A stretch of DNA of 64,000 bases from Takakia lepidozioides (taxonomy: Eukaryota; Plantae; Bryophyta): NCBI GenBank assembly GCA_030704615.1, contig CM060732.1:23746001-23810000 (forward strand). The letters are read 5' to 3'. Below are positions 1 to 12,127 of this stretch, piece after piece; within the stretch, counting starts at the first letter, position 1; each line of letters starts with the position of its first letter. A model generated the notes under the pieces. The model saw only the letters and a program-made list of their open reading frames with translations. It had not been told where the DNA came from and ran no database searches. Both the position numbers and the translations under genes were made by a program.

Positions 1-747
1 CATCCAATCCAACCGAGACACGTATCCAAAAAAATACAAGTGACAACCGATTCTAAAGCCAAACATCCCACACCAATAGAACCAAATGAAAACCGAACTT
101 GCTCAGAATTATCTCCCACACCAGTCAAAGTCATAGAAATCGACTCCGAAGACGAACAATCCAACACAGAACACGCAGATATACATCAAGAAACATATTG
201 GCATGAAGATCTTCTATTGACGATGCACGACGAACAAATCTTGTTGGATGATAACGGATGGTTGTGTGACCAGCATTTGGCGGCCGGGATGCAAATACTA
301 TTTGATCAGGAACTAGAAACAAAAAACTACCGGCAACATGCGTATTCGACTTTACTGGGGCAGAACGAAATACACCAAGAAATGTCTGCAGAACATGTTC
401 GTGAACAACAACCATTGGATTTTAACCATGATAAACCCGAACGGAACGAAAATCATCAATGTACGGTGTTTGATTCCAGCATGCCCGCGGATAAGAAGTT
501 ACCGAGCGAAATAGAACAACATCTAAAAAAATTAATCCCAGTCCCACAATTCAATTATTTCTATGCCGATGTCATGCAACAAAGTGACAGTTCATCATGT
601 GGCGTATTTGCGATAGCTTATGCCACGGATATAGCATTCGGATTAGCTCCCGCAGATTCCCGATACGCAACATCGGCCATGAGAACCCACTTGAGAGATT
701 GCATAAACGATCGAAGAATTGATCCATTTCCAAAACAACATTCATAA
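1..747 (+). CDS. Ulp1/SENP-like (C48) cysteine protease domain ORF, probably transposon-borne; 5' end lies outside the window
   Basis: The frame is open from base 1. Motifs GWLCDQH, CTVFDSS and MQQSDSSSCGVFAIAYA..MRTHL match the Ulp1 QQxxxxxCG catalytic Cys motif. The region around the catalytic His looks shortened. Confidence 0.6.
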   Translation, partial: HPIQPRHVSKKIQVTTDSKAKHPTPIEPNENRTCSELSPTPVKVIEIDSEDEQSNTEHADIHQETYWHEDLLLTMHDEQILLDDNGWLCDQHLAAGMQILFDQELETKNYRQHAYSTLLGQNEIHQEMSAEHVREQQPLDFNHDKPERNENHQCTVFDSSMPADKKLPSEIEQHLKKLIPVPQFNYFYADVMQQSDSSSCGVFAIAYATDIAFGLAPADSRYATSAMRTHLRDCINDRRIDPFPKQHS

Positions 748-1150
748 TATGAAGACCCGATATGACGTGACATTTGTTCTTATCGTTCCGCCTCAGTGTC
801 TTGGTGCTTTGGAGTTGAATTTCTCGATTTTCTAGGTGGATTTTCTTTTTTTGGGCTGGGGGTATTCAATGTAAATGTTAACAGCACTTCCAAATATCAC
901 TTCAATTTCGTAATAAACACATTTCAATTCACTAAAACTTCATAATAATATTGATTCTGATTTTTGTCTCTCGTCTATATTTTGAATAGTTGAAAATGTA
1001 GATATATTAAATTACTATTACCCATATTCCCTCGCCCTCATTTTAAAAGTGACCTTGAATTGAAGGGAGTGTATATAATAATTTTAGTCCAGATGCCAGT
1101 GGATCATTGGCGGGTTACGACTACTACGCCGCCTAAACAAACTACACATA

Positions 1151-1442
1151 CCGTACTTACCTAGCTTATTAGGCAATTATTAATTTAAAATAAGTGCGTA
1201 ATTAAATTTAGAACATTTTTGGAAAATGTGCCTAAAACTTGGAAAATTTTCTTGAGAAGTGCCTAATAGCCCGGAAATTCTGAAAAATACCAAAATTTCC
1301 AAATATGTGGAAACAATGCATAAATTATATTATTTAAAATCCAAAAAATAGAAAAATAAAAACAAAAAAACAACATACCATTTAAATTTTCATTTTATTA
1401 ATTATTATTGGTGGAAGTGCCTAATAAGCTAGGTAAGTATGG
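1151..1442. mobile_element. MITE with ~25-bp terminal inverted repeats
   Basis: CCGTACTTACCTAGCTTATTAGGCA (1151-1175) is the inverse of TGCCTAATAAGCTAGGTAAGTATGG (1418-1442) with 1 mismatch. AT-rich interior; TA on the left flank only. Confidence 0.7.
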
Positions 1443-1685
1443 AAGTTTTTGGCTGTGTGAGGGATCTGATCATATCTAGGGATTTAATTTTAGTTGAAAC
1501 GAAAAAGAGGGAATATCGGAGTTCCCGGTCGGAGTTCTTATACGAGTCATCCGCCATGAGAACAATAACAATAACTTCTCTAACTCCTTGAATTGCTTAA
1601 AAACTTGTTGAATTGCTTAAACTGTCTAAAAACTTCTTAAACTGCTTTAAACCGTCATTTCTTGATGTCATTCCTTGAAGGTGGG

Positions 1686-1820
1686 AGTAGTGAACGCGCA
1701 GGGAGAGAGAGAGAGAGTAGTGAATAGACAAGGAAAGAGAGAGAGAAGTAAACAGGTGGGGAGGGGGAGTAGTCAACGCACGGGGGAGAGAGAGAGAAGT
1801 GAACGCACGGGAGAGAAAGA
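1686..1820. repeat. degenerate GA-rich tandem repeat (AGTGAACGCACGGGAGAGAGAG-like units)
   Basis: About 5 imperfect units seen directly. Confidence 0.55.
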
Positions 1821-4389
1821 TTGATTTGCGGGACTAGCGAAAGGCTTCAACCCCAGAGCTGCAGGCTTTAGGTTTTGGTGTGCAAATTGTCGCTCCAACT
1901 TCTGCATCGCATCACGGAATCAGGGTATGGACAAGCAAGGCACTCACTCTCACTCTTGCCAAAAGGTCACTGAGCCAGTAGCCTCTTCCAGTTGCTTATT
2001 AATTCAACAATACATGTACAAAGGTCGAATTGTTAGTAACTGCATTTCTTAGTCCACTCGAAGAAAAGACATGAAAAGTATCAAGGATACATCTAATGCG
2101 AACTCAATGATAGATTCAGATGTAAGAAAGCACGGTGTATGTCTCTACTTCACATCAACTGTTGCGACACTTCAGATTTTTTGGGTGTGTAAGAGATATG
2201 GAGTGAATACCCCTTATAAAGCCAAAGCGTAACATTGTGCCATTCTGTCATGTTACGATCAATCAGACTAACGTAACAATCATACTTGCAGTGTAGATAT
2301 GTAGTGAAGAGCAGACATGGGTGGGATAATGCAAAAGACACCATTCAATTCCCAAGGGCAGCATTGAAGGAAGAAGCAGTTGCGTCAGGAGCTGACGACG
2401 GTGTGACACCTCTAAAAACTAGTAGTGAAAAGAATGGGGTGCACTTTTCTCCGCAAACTTTAGGGTAGGTTGTTCCAATCCTCATTATATTGAAGTTCAT
2501 GACCTTAACATGTTCAGAGAGTTTAGGGCAGGGACGAGACAACATAGTCAATTCTCTGTGCAGAGGAATATACTGATTGGATATTAAACACAGTCTTCGA
2601 GTTTTGAAGCAAATCCCAAAGTTGCCAAAGTATGCCACTTGCTCGAGGACAGAAATGTGTGTCTTAAGGGCTGGGATTCAACACAATGAATACAGGCTCT
2701 ATCTGAGATGGGTTTCCTGATCTGGGGAAGGAATTTGTGCCCCATCTTGTGTTATTGCGCGGATGAGAGATGTCACTTGTATGTTCCTTTGCACCCTTCT
2801 GAACTGCCATGGTTGCAACTATGCACATGTCTCACTTTTCTCAGTGAGAGGCTCAAGACACAGTGGGCTGGAGCAAAATAGTCTTCTTTCTTAGGATGAA
2901 ATGAGGAGTCTGTTAATAGCCCCTTGTCATGTAATTGTGAATAAAGAGCTCTATTGGACAAGGTTCTCTAGTTTACACTCAGTTCATCGTTGAATATATC
3001 TCTGGTCTGCCAGTGATGGCAGAGAACATTTGGGCTTCAGCACTAGACTTTCAGATTTGAATTGCCTACAGACAGGCTAATGTTCACCAGGCATCTACTG
3101 TTGCAGACGAGCGTATGCATACCAAGCAGCGATTGTCTATCAAAGTGACATGCTGTAGGTTATAAGCCAATGTTGCTAGTCTGTTTCTTGGATGGCTTCA
3201 AATACAACATAGAGAGTACACTAGAAGAGAAACCGGCTTTTTCCACGGGTATGCCAACTCACACCTGGCACATTCCACGGCTTTTATCACGGGTCTGTAG
3301 AGTGAGCCAAGGTGTGGTTCAAAATATGCCCTAACTGTGGGGTGTCTCACATGTGATCCACACCCAAGGCAAGAACGGTGTGAAAACAACCATGAGGGTG
3401 GCGGGAGTTGGCTTAGTACATGGCATGTTATACACATGTGTGAAATGGGACCATAGAATTTCCACATTGTGGTGTATGGGGAGTTTGAGAATGATGCCCT
3501 TGGAAAATAATCATGAGCTTCATGTTCATGTTTAGAAATCTGCACGATGGGCTACTAGCAAGCGAAGAATCACCCCCTGCTACACCCCATTTTCAATCTC
3601 TACATTATGAAGTCTATAATGCCCTTGGTGAAATGAGCATGGGGATCGCATTCAAAGGTGGCCCTGTTCCGTTGCAACCTATGACACAACTATGACAAAC
3701 AAGCATAGGCATGATTTACATTTTTTGCCACAAATCACTTGCATCATCCTTACGTTGAACTTCTTGTTTATGTGACATGCTTGGACTTTGTCATCTCACA
3801 CATCAAAGAAAAAACCAGAATATTTCAAAAACATCTATAGAATTTTAACAAGAGACCAAAAAGGAAACCCAGGTCTAGGTGGGTAGCATGGTGAGTCTCT
3901 ATACAAGGTGATTTATTTTAAATTGTAAGTGGTTTCAACAACTTCATTAGCAACTCCACAATTATATTTTAAATTCATGTAAATTGAAATATATAAATCA
4001 GTATTAGATAGAAATAGTTGTTTTAACTACTCATTTCATGACTATGAACCTTACCCAGTAAATAAATTAACCAGGGCCTTTGTACCTTGTTATATATTAA
4101 CGTTTTGCACCCTAACATATATATATATAGCTAAAAATACCTTCACATAATTACATGGACCATATAATTATTTTATATAATGTTAGGGTGCAAAACATTC
4201 AAAAACTTCAAAAGTTGGCTCGAATTTAGGGCTGCTAGGTCGCGGTGTGCAGGGCTGGGACTTAGCGTTTTTTGGGGTTCGGTCTTTCTTAGTGCCAAAC
4301 ATCGTGATAGCAGGAACTCGAGACCAATGTGGTGAGGGCACATTCTTCCTCGACCTATTTTAGCATGTTTTGCCCTCTCATCAGACTCG

Positions 4390-5150
4390 AGTTTTACCCT
4401 TCACGATGGTGGGACAACAGCCATAAGTTTTCCAAGGATGCGAAGGGTGTGTTCGACGAAATGGCTGCCAAGATGTCGTGTTGTGGAATGCAATGATCGC
4501 AGTGTGGTACGAAGGCTTTGGAGACATATGAGGAAATGATGCCAGACACGTTGAACCCTAACGCAGGCTGTGTTTCAATCTCTACCCGCTCAACTGCACC
4601 GTGGTGGTTCTCATTGACCAATCCGACATTGCCAGACTACAGACACAAGCAGCACACACAAGAGGTCCTCTTGGGTTCATGGTCAGTCAAATCCTCCATG
4701 GGTCATGACACAAGGTCGAGGACAATGTGGTGAGGGCACTTTTTTCTTCGACCTATTTTCAGCCTGTTTTGCCCTCTCATCAGACTCGGCCCTGAATTTG
4801 CAGCATGGAGCAGAGCTGGCATGAGTTTCTTCACGATGGTGGGACAATCGCAATTGCAAGGTGTGGCTTTTTCTTAATGTAGGATGTAAAGAAGTTTGTC
4901 CATCCTACAAATGTGGGCTTTTGGCTCTTGTTAGTACCATGTTGTACCCGATGTCATTCTGAACACTGCCCTGGTGGACTGCATTTATGCCAAATATGGG
5001 TGCATCGAGGATGCAAAGGAAGTATTCGACAGTATGGCTGAACGAGATGTGGTGTCGTGAAGTGCGATGATTGCAAGATATGCACAGCAAAGGGCGCGGA
5101 TGGAGGCTTTGGAGACCTATGAGCAATGATGCGGGAAGGGGTGATTCTCT
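4390..5150 (+). pseudogene. scrambled fragment with OSB-type PDF motifs interleaved with PLS-PPR repeats
   Basis: In order: PSRWWDNSHK (~4398); PPR piece DAKGVFDEMA..VVLWNAMIA; NPTLPDYRHK..WVHGQSNPPWV (4620-4705); MEQSWHEF..SRWWDNRNCK followed by GT (4805-4860); PPR NTALVD..YAKYGCIEDAKEVFDSMAERDVVS*SAMIARYAQQ (4960-5150). Contains frameshifts and stops. Confidence 0.7.
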
Positions 5151-5289
5151 ATGGAAAAATAGACATAGCTGTAATGATAGAGTGAGGCATGAAGCAAGCT
5201 TTGGATGGCACAAACATGAGAGCGTAGGTACTAAAAGGTAGTAGGAACTGGGAATATGTCTGCATTACAGAGTGTAACTTTATAGGCAA

Positions 5290-6600
5290 GAGAAAATGGT
5301 CACAAGCTTGTAAGATGAGTGCTTCAATCTGTTCTTATACAAGGTTCTCCTCAGTTTCTGACAGTCTGTTCGCTGGCTTTCTGGTTGCAGGGAACCCTTG
5401 GGTGTTGATTTCGTGCTCCACGTCAGTACAATGGCCAAGGTCAGCTTTGTTCATGATGGCCTTCCGGGGCTTTTGGTGGTGGATGGAGAGGACCTGACCA
5501 AGGGCTATGTTGTGGCAGCACCACCAACTCAGTCATAGATTTTCAAGCCTGTCTGCAGCTTGTGGATTCCAAGCCCATCATGCTCTACAATCCACTCCCA
5601 GAACCAAATTCGTCAAGGACAAATTCAAGCGTTGCTTTCAGATCCTGCGGTAGCATTGCGTGGGCAAGGACATATCTATTTTTAGTCAACCTTACGAGCC
5701 AATGAGGAGCATCGAGCTGTGCCACTATCTCCAAGTTGTTATGGGCCAGGCCAACCTCGGCGACATTAGCTAGATCTTTGAACAGTATCACACTAACTCT
5801 CAGGAAAGAACGCCACAAATCTGGGCTTACATTCTCATTGATCAACCCTCTCAAACACCTTTTGGTGGCCATAATCTGATCATCTCAAAGACAACATGTG
5901 AACACAAGGGTTGCAAGCGGCTTGAATCCCTGACGAATGCTGCCAAATTGCTGGAAAAGGCTGGGTGTCATCAGGAGGCAGTCTTAAAATTGCTTCAGGC
6001 TCTGTGGTTGATGATGCTATGAATGGCAACACGGAATGGCATCTCAGGCCTTCTAATGAGGCCCTTGGGGTGCTGCAGGAAACTCAATCCTTGATACAAA
6101 GAGAAGGGATCAGCATTGATGTTGTATTATTGCATGAACTCCAACTTTTGCAATAAGTGAGATCTGGCACATTTCATGTAGACAAGGAGAACTAGGAAAA
6201 GGCAAAGACACCAAAACCATTCAGGCTTAGGCTGATCTCATGCCATCAGGCTGCCCCATATGCTAGCCAGATTTCTAGGCCAGTGGAGGCACAACGCAAT
6301 GCACAAGCTCTTACTTATCAGGGTTTCAAATTAACCAAGTGTCATGGTCTCTTTGATCAGGAGGCTGTTTCTCCCTGCGCCATTGCATGTATTGGGCGTA
6401 TGAAGATGTGTGCAGGTTATGGCCAATCTGTTGCTCCGTCAAATTTCACCCACGCGTTGGCTCGTAGTTTTTCCCTCAACTCCGAGTTTGACAAACTAAG
6501 CACCCCAAGGTATGGAAGCATTGGCGAGTGGGCTGCCATTCTTTTCCCTGCCACTAAGGCTGATCGACTGGGGTTGAGTATGGTGGGTGGGCTTTGATGT
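5290..6600 (-). mobile_element. degenerate Ty3/gypsy internal fragment nested in the CACTA element
   Basis: The minus strand reads KADLGHCTDVEHEINTQGFPATRKPANRLSETEENLV (~5450-5340), the typical pre-RT segment. Upstream sequence is decayed and its boundary is approximate. Confidence 0.5.
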
Positions 6601-7449
6601 TGCTTGGGACTCCAACTTCATATATTCAGGCTGCCCAACCTCTGTACCTGGTCTCTTTCTTCGGATGGTGTCTGGTACTGTGACCTCTTTACTTCACCTC
6701 CTGTTTATGATGTATACTCAATGGCACATGCCCCTGTTCTTGGATCAACAGTATACTTCTGATCATTTTACTCTCATGCACATGCCCGCTTTCCAAATGT
6801 ACATGCCACACTCCCCCCTCTATTTGTTCCATCCTATGATATGTATTTAGAGATACATGCCCTGGTTCATGGATCAACACTCAGTATCTTATTTTTACAT
6901 ACTTATCTGAAGTCTACTTACCAAATGGCACATGTTATCAACTGCTGTACCAGTAATTACTATAACCATGCTGACAACGTTCTATGTCTCCGACCTATGC
7001 ACCCTAAGGCACATGCCCCTGCCACACCATACAGGAACTCGGACTTATGATTATGAGCACTAACAGTATATGTACATTTCCGCTATGCTTAAGACAACAG
7101 GTTGTTGCTCACCATCTCAAAACATCCACAACAATGACAGACCAAGGACTCTCACATTATGAAAACACCAGAATGCAGGTCAGGTTACATGCCCTATACC
7201 CTCCCCACTTCGTCTCAAGTGATATCCAACTACAAGCGACCATGGTGAAGCAGCTTATTGAATCTCCCAGGTACCATTCCCCCTCTATGAACTTGTGTTC
7301 TTTTCAATGCCATGTCATTTCACTCTGTTTTCCCCTCTTATCAGAATCACCCTAAATTTTCATGTTTCAAGAATTCTGCAAGTTAGCTGGTTGAGTGAAC
7401 CTTTGATAGTTTGGAGTGACTTTGACATGATACTGCCAAAGTGACAACA

Positions 7450-7955
7450 GGAAAGTATCCAGAAATAGATAACAGAGAGGAGAAGCTGTGGAATGAATAC
7501 TTTTCTGACCCCAGTCAATGGTGGGACAACCGTCTTGGAAGGTAAATGCCTTTGGATTACAGAGTGGTAGATGCAATTGAGAATAGGAACTGGTGTGATA
7601 AGTTGAGTTGGGTGCTTGCTGGAACAAATCTAGGCTGCCATTGTCAGTTGCTAACAGCAATGCAAGGATGTATGCATGATTTGTGCGGAGGCATGAATAG
7701 CTGAAGGAGCAGGGATAGAGTGTCATCCAAGAGGACCAGATTTCAAGCTCCAGATTACTTATGATTCCTTGTGGAATGATAGCTACAAGAAACCTACATG
7801 GGTAGATGGTACATAGTTTGGAGTGATTTTGACATGATACTGCCAAAGTGACAATAGGAAAGTATCCAGAAACATGTAACAGAGATGAGGAGAAGTTGTG
7901 GAATGAATGCTTTTCTGACCCCAGTCAAGGGTGGGACAACTGAGGGAAAAAGGTG
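7450..7955 (+). pseudogene. OSB (organellar ssDNA-binding protein)-like PDF motif exons, tandemly repeated
   Basis: EEKLWNEYFSDPSQWWDNRLG followed by GTAAAT (7451-7541); CHPRGPDFKLQITYDSLWNDSYKKPTWV (7721-7804); second copy DEEKLWNECFSDPSQGWDN* followed by GTGAAT (~7885-7952). Period about 408 bp. Confidence 0.8.
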
Positions 7956-10900
7956 AATGCCTATTAGATTACAGAGAGTAGGAGACGCAACTCAGCATAG
8001 ACACTAAGGCAAACTCTCCTTCCTTGCAAAGGGTGTGTTTTGGTATCTGAGCGAATAAATATAGTTTTTAAAAACATAATTTCAATATTTTATTATTTAA
8101 TAATATTCTCATCAAGGCCACTGTCCATTTTCCCTATAATAATAATAATAATAATAACAATAAATTAAATCCGTTAATATTCAAACTTAATATTAGAAAT
8201 CCATTAATAATTAATTAATGCGTACCACCACACAAGAACGAACACGTGTTGCATAGTGACTTGTCGAAGGTGTGAAATATGACATGTGTCGCATAGTGGC
8301 TTGTTCAAGGTGTGAAATCCGCCGTGAAACATGCCACACTTGCCTTTTTCACACTCTGCCATGTCAGCTATGCCATCGGCCATGTCACCATGCACCCCGT
8401 GAAAAAAGCCACCCGTGGAAAAAGCCTCCCGTGGACTTTTTCACAGGGCCACCCGAGAGCTAGGCCGTCCACGGGGTGTCCTAAAGCTCTAGTCGTTTCT
8501 TACACCCACGGCAGGTGTGGACTGCGGCTGATTCCACAGCAAAAAGTATGGAAAAAGCCGTGGAAAAAACCGGTTTCTCTTCTAGTGGTATATTGTGACT
8601 TGTCCTGAGTATGCCACTTGCTCGAGGATAGAAATGTGTGTTTTAAGGGCTTGGATTCAACATGAATACAGGCTCTATCTGAGATGGGTTTGACTGTGGC
8701 CGTGGTTTACATGGTAAAGAGAATGTGGCAGAATGTAGATCTCTTGATAGAACGGATGTGATACAATTGTCTGTCATCGCACAGTCAGCTACGTGTAGTG
8801 ACCGGAACTAAGACAGACAGAGTGTGAGAGGAATATATATTCATAAGACGTTTTTTGCCCTGTGGCCATAGACCCCGTGCCTAGTTCAGGCTGATCCAGC
8901 GCATGAGAGAGGAGAGGGAGTGGTGGAGATGACCTCTAATATTTGGCTGTTGGGAGTGCATACAACGGTTGTTTGTCATCATTTAACAGGATACAGGAGC
9001 AAGTAGGGTATTTGAGGGGTTTCTTGATTCGCATTCTGTGAATGAAAGAAGATCCTATAAACTGACATGACCAGATTTACCAACTCCTGATTGGGCTAAT
9101 TGGCTCTCAAACAAGTTAACGTAGGTCAGGTTCATGCTTTCTTACCGTATCCACAAATACGTATAGCTTTGAAACATAAAAGAGGTAAATGTAAAAACCC
9201 ATCTGCAAGTAACAAGGCCACACTCTTTAAATGTATGCCACTGACACTAGACAATGAAATTCTTGCAGCAACTCACGACAGCTTCACATGAGCTCTTTAT
9301 GCCCTTCAATCATACTAGACTGGGCACCCAACGACTATAGTCAAATAGTGATCAGTCACCAACAAGCATAGCATAGTAACTTGAGGATTCTATGCAGCAA
9401 TGTCAATACCTTACAACAAACCCAGAAAACTTACTTTAAGTTCCTTATCATTGTAGGTATTTCTTCTTTTGCCCTTAATTGTCTAGCGTTGGCGCAGTGT
9501 AGACTCTCGCTTGTTCCATGCTGTGAATTCTACTAATTGATAAGTTAGCATCATTTTGGCATTTACAGCATTACCGCCGGGAATTTTGAGAAGAGAGAAC
9601 AGGCTTTACGAGATTCCAAAAGTATGACGTTTAAACAGTGTAATCTGGCCCTTTTTTTTGGTGCCTCTGTCACCTGCTGTTTGTACCCTTCTTCCTTTTC
9701 TCTAGTCGCCCCTCTCAATCTTCACAGGAGAGGAGATGAAGATGACATGTGCATGGCTGGTTCCCACCTCCATCTATTTATGTAGATTCTTAATCTCTCA
9801 TGAACAAATACATGCCCCTCTATTTCGGTTTCTAATTAGTGTGAGGCTAATCTCTGAAGACTCCATCTACTGTTGCAGGCAAACATATGCAGAAATACTC
9901 ATCTTTGAGGAGAAAATACTGTTAGATCCAAGCTTGTTAAATCCAGAGGATCACTTCAAGAAAGTACTGGAGCTCGTGCCGGATTAATGTATCCATTTAA
10001 ACACACCTTCCCTACACTATGGTTCACGGTGATTCAGTCAGCTCAAAAGATTTTGGGTAGGAAAGACATAGAACTGTGAACAAGAAAAGGTCCTGAAATG
10101 TACAGCAAACATAACTTTTGACCCTTAACCAACAAGTTCACGGAAACATGAAGAGTTCCTAGTAAAATTTATCCTAGTAAAATTTTAGGGAAGAGTTCTT
10201 GAGCAATGTAAGCATTTATGTGGGGCGGTGATGTGCCCTGGACTTCTTATCTGTGCCAGATCTACATGTTCCCTATGTGGAAAGGTGTTGGATTAGCTTT
10301 TGAAATAAAATACACTTGCAATTGTGGCTCCACAAGGGGGAGAGAGAATCGACAACCAGTCTTCCTACAGGTCCCTGGTATGCCCTATCTGCCACTAGGT
10401 CCATCAGAGCTAATTGCTGCATGATATCAGTGTGCATAGCTTTTCAAGAGTGTCTAAAGGGATGCTCATCAACTTCTGTGTCTGCTTCCCTGACCCTCTA
10501 CCTCTATACTAGCCTGTTTACACATCACAACAGCAATATCTGGGGGTGTTCAAAGTGCCACATCATCCATGGGCTTCCTGATCCAGCCATTGTTGTACGC
10601 AACCTGATTGAGCAGGTGTTTACTTCAAGAACGCAATTGGAAAGGAAATGTAGTGGACTGGAAGGAGAGAGAGGGACAAAGGTTTTTGACGGGTAGTGGG
10701 GTTGTAGGACCATGGACAATGGGACCTTTGTTAGGGGTCGCTTCAAATGCCAACCTGTTCTTGAATGGTAATGGCTGGATGTCAAGCTAGTTTTTTAGGT
10801 CAAAATCTATTCCCTGAAGCGTGATTGTAGTTGGAGCAGTACAACATGAGGTGTAGCTGGTGGTTATGGATGCAATGTTATTATAAGAAATCGGATTTGG

Positions 10901-11642
10901 CTGAATTTCATTGCAGACCTTATAATAACCTAGCAAGTTGAGCAAGATTGAAGTATATATTGGTAGTGAAGTCCATCAACATTACCAACAGAGATCATGC
11001 ACTTGCAAGCTGTCACACATTGGGAAAAGGTGCATTACTTGGAGCAGATATGATCCAATGTGGGACTTAATGGTCTTCAGCTCCTGTCGGACTGTCATAT
11101 ATGCATGTAGGTAGTGATATAGTGAGAAAATATAGCTCATATAGCTCATATAGCTCATGTGGAGCCCAGGAATTGAGGGGCATTCACAGACGATCATACT
11201 AAAGACTTCACAATGTGCCCATGGAGAGGAATTAAACCCCAACAGCTCCTGATAGGTAATGCTCACAGGATAATTGTCTTGTACCAACATTGGATGCAGT
11301 TAATCTGCTACTGTACTTCCCTTGTGGTTTTGAACTCCCTGACAACATAACCAATCGTCAGATAACTGTAAGGTCTTCGACGTTGGGCAAGTTACAGATT
11401 CTGAACCATTAGTACGCAAAATTTCTAACTATCATTTATTTCGTGGTCTGAAGTAGTGAAAGACATGTTGGATTGTTACTCCTTTGGATGTCCAAGCCTT
11501 GCCCCCATCGCTTCAGTGCCCGGTGGTGCTGTTCCAAGGTCCAGTAGCCTGAATGATGGTGGTGGTCACAACAGTTGGGGAGTGTCTTGATGGACAAGAT
11601 ACCGATGAAACTTTGCCTTGTGTGTGTCCCGTGGTGCTGCAG

Positions 11643-11774
11643 TGACTGGACTCACAATTCTATTTTCTTCCCTTAATCAACCCCCACAACTGACGAACTG
11701 GAATGCTAGCGGAGGTGATCCCTGCAGTGATTTGTGGCTTGGAGTTACTTGTCTGGAGCCAACGTTACTGACAT
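11643..11774 (+). pseudogene. isolated exon of a STRUBBELIG-receptor-family (SRF) LRR-RLK N-terminal cap
   Basis: TGLTILFSSLNQPPQLTNWNASGGDPCSDLWLGVTC bounded by TGCAG and GTATGT. No further LRR or kinase exons nearby. Confidence 0.7.
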
Positions 11775-12127
11775 GTATGTACATGTTATTATTTCTCATG
11801 TTCCTAACCGTGTTTGTGAGAATTGAGGCACTCCTGGGACAGTAGACAAGCAAGAAAAGATAGCCATAAGGTTTAACAGTGACACCTTGTTGGAAGTGCA
11901 GGTGAAACATAGGCATATAACATACTGTTACATCGCACTTTGCACCTAACTTCTCAGCAAAGCGGTGTAGCATCAACCTCGGTCTGAGAGAGAAAGCCAC
12001 AATTCTATAGATTAGCGTGATTAATTTTAAAGTTGCACTCTTAGGGTTTTCAAAAATCCACCGATATATACTTTCAGCTGCCCCCGCCTCTCTCTCTCTT
12101 CTCTCTGCACCATATATACAAACAACC

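Larger units (their letters stand above)
3219..8587. mobile_element. non-autonomous CACTA (EnSpm) element carrying captured gene fragments (Pack-CACTA)
   Basis: TIR CACTAGAAGAGAAACCGG..TTCCACGG at 3219 and its inverse ..CCGTGGAAAAAACCGGTTTCTCTTCTAGTG ending at 8587. The 3-bp TSD GTA is at 3216-3218 and 8588-8590. Subterminal CCGTG/CACGG repeats; no transposase inside. Confidence 0.92.
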
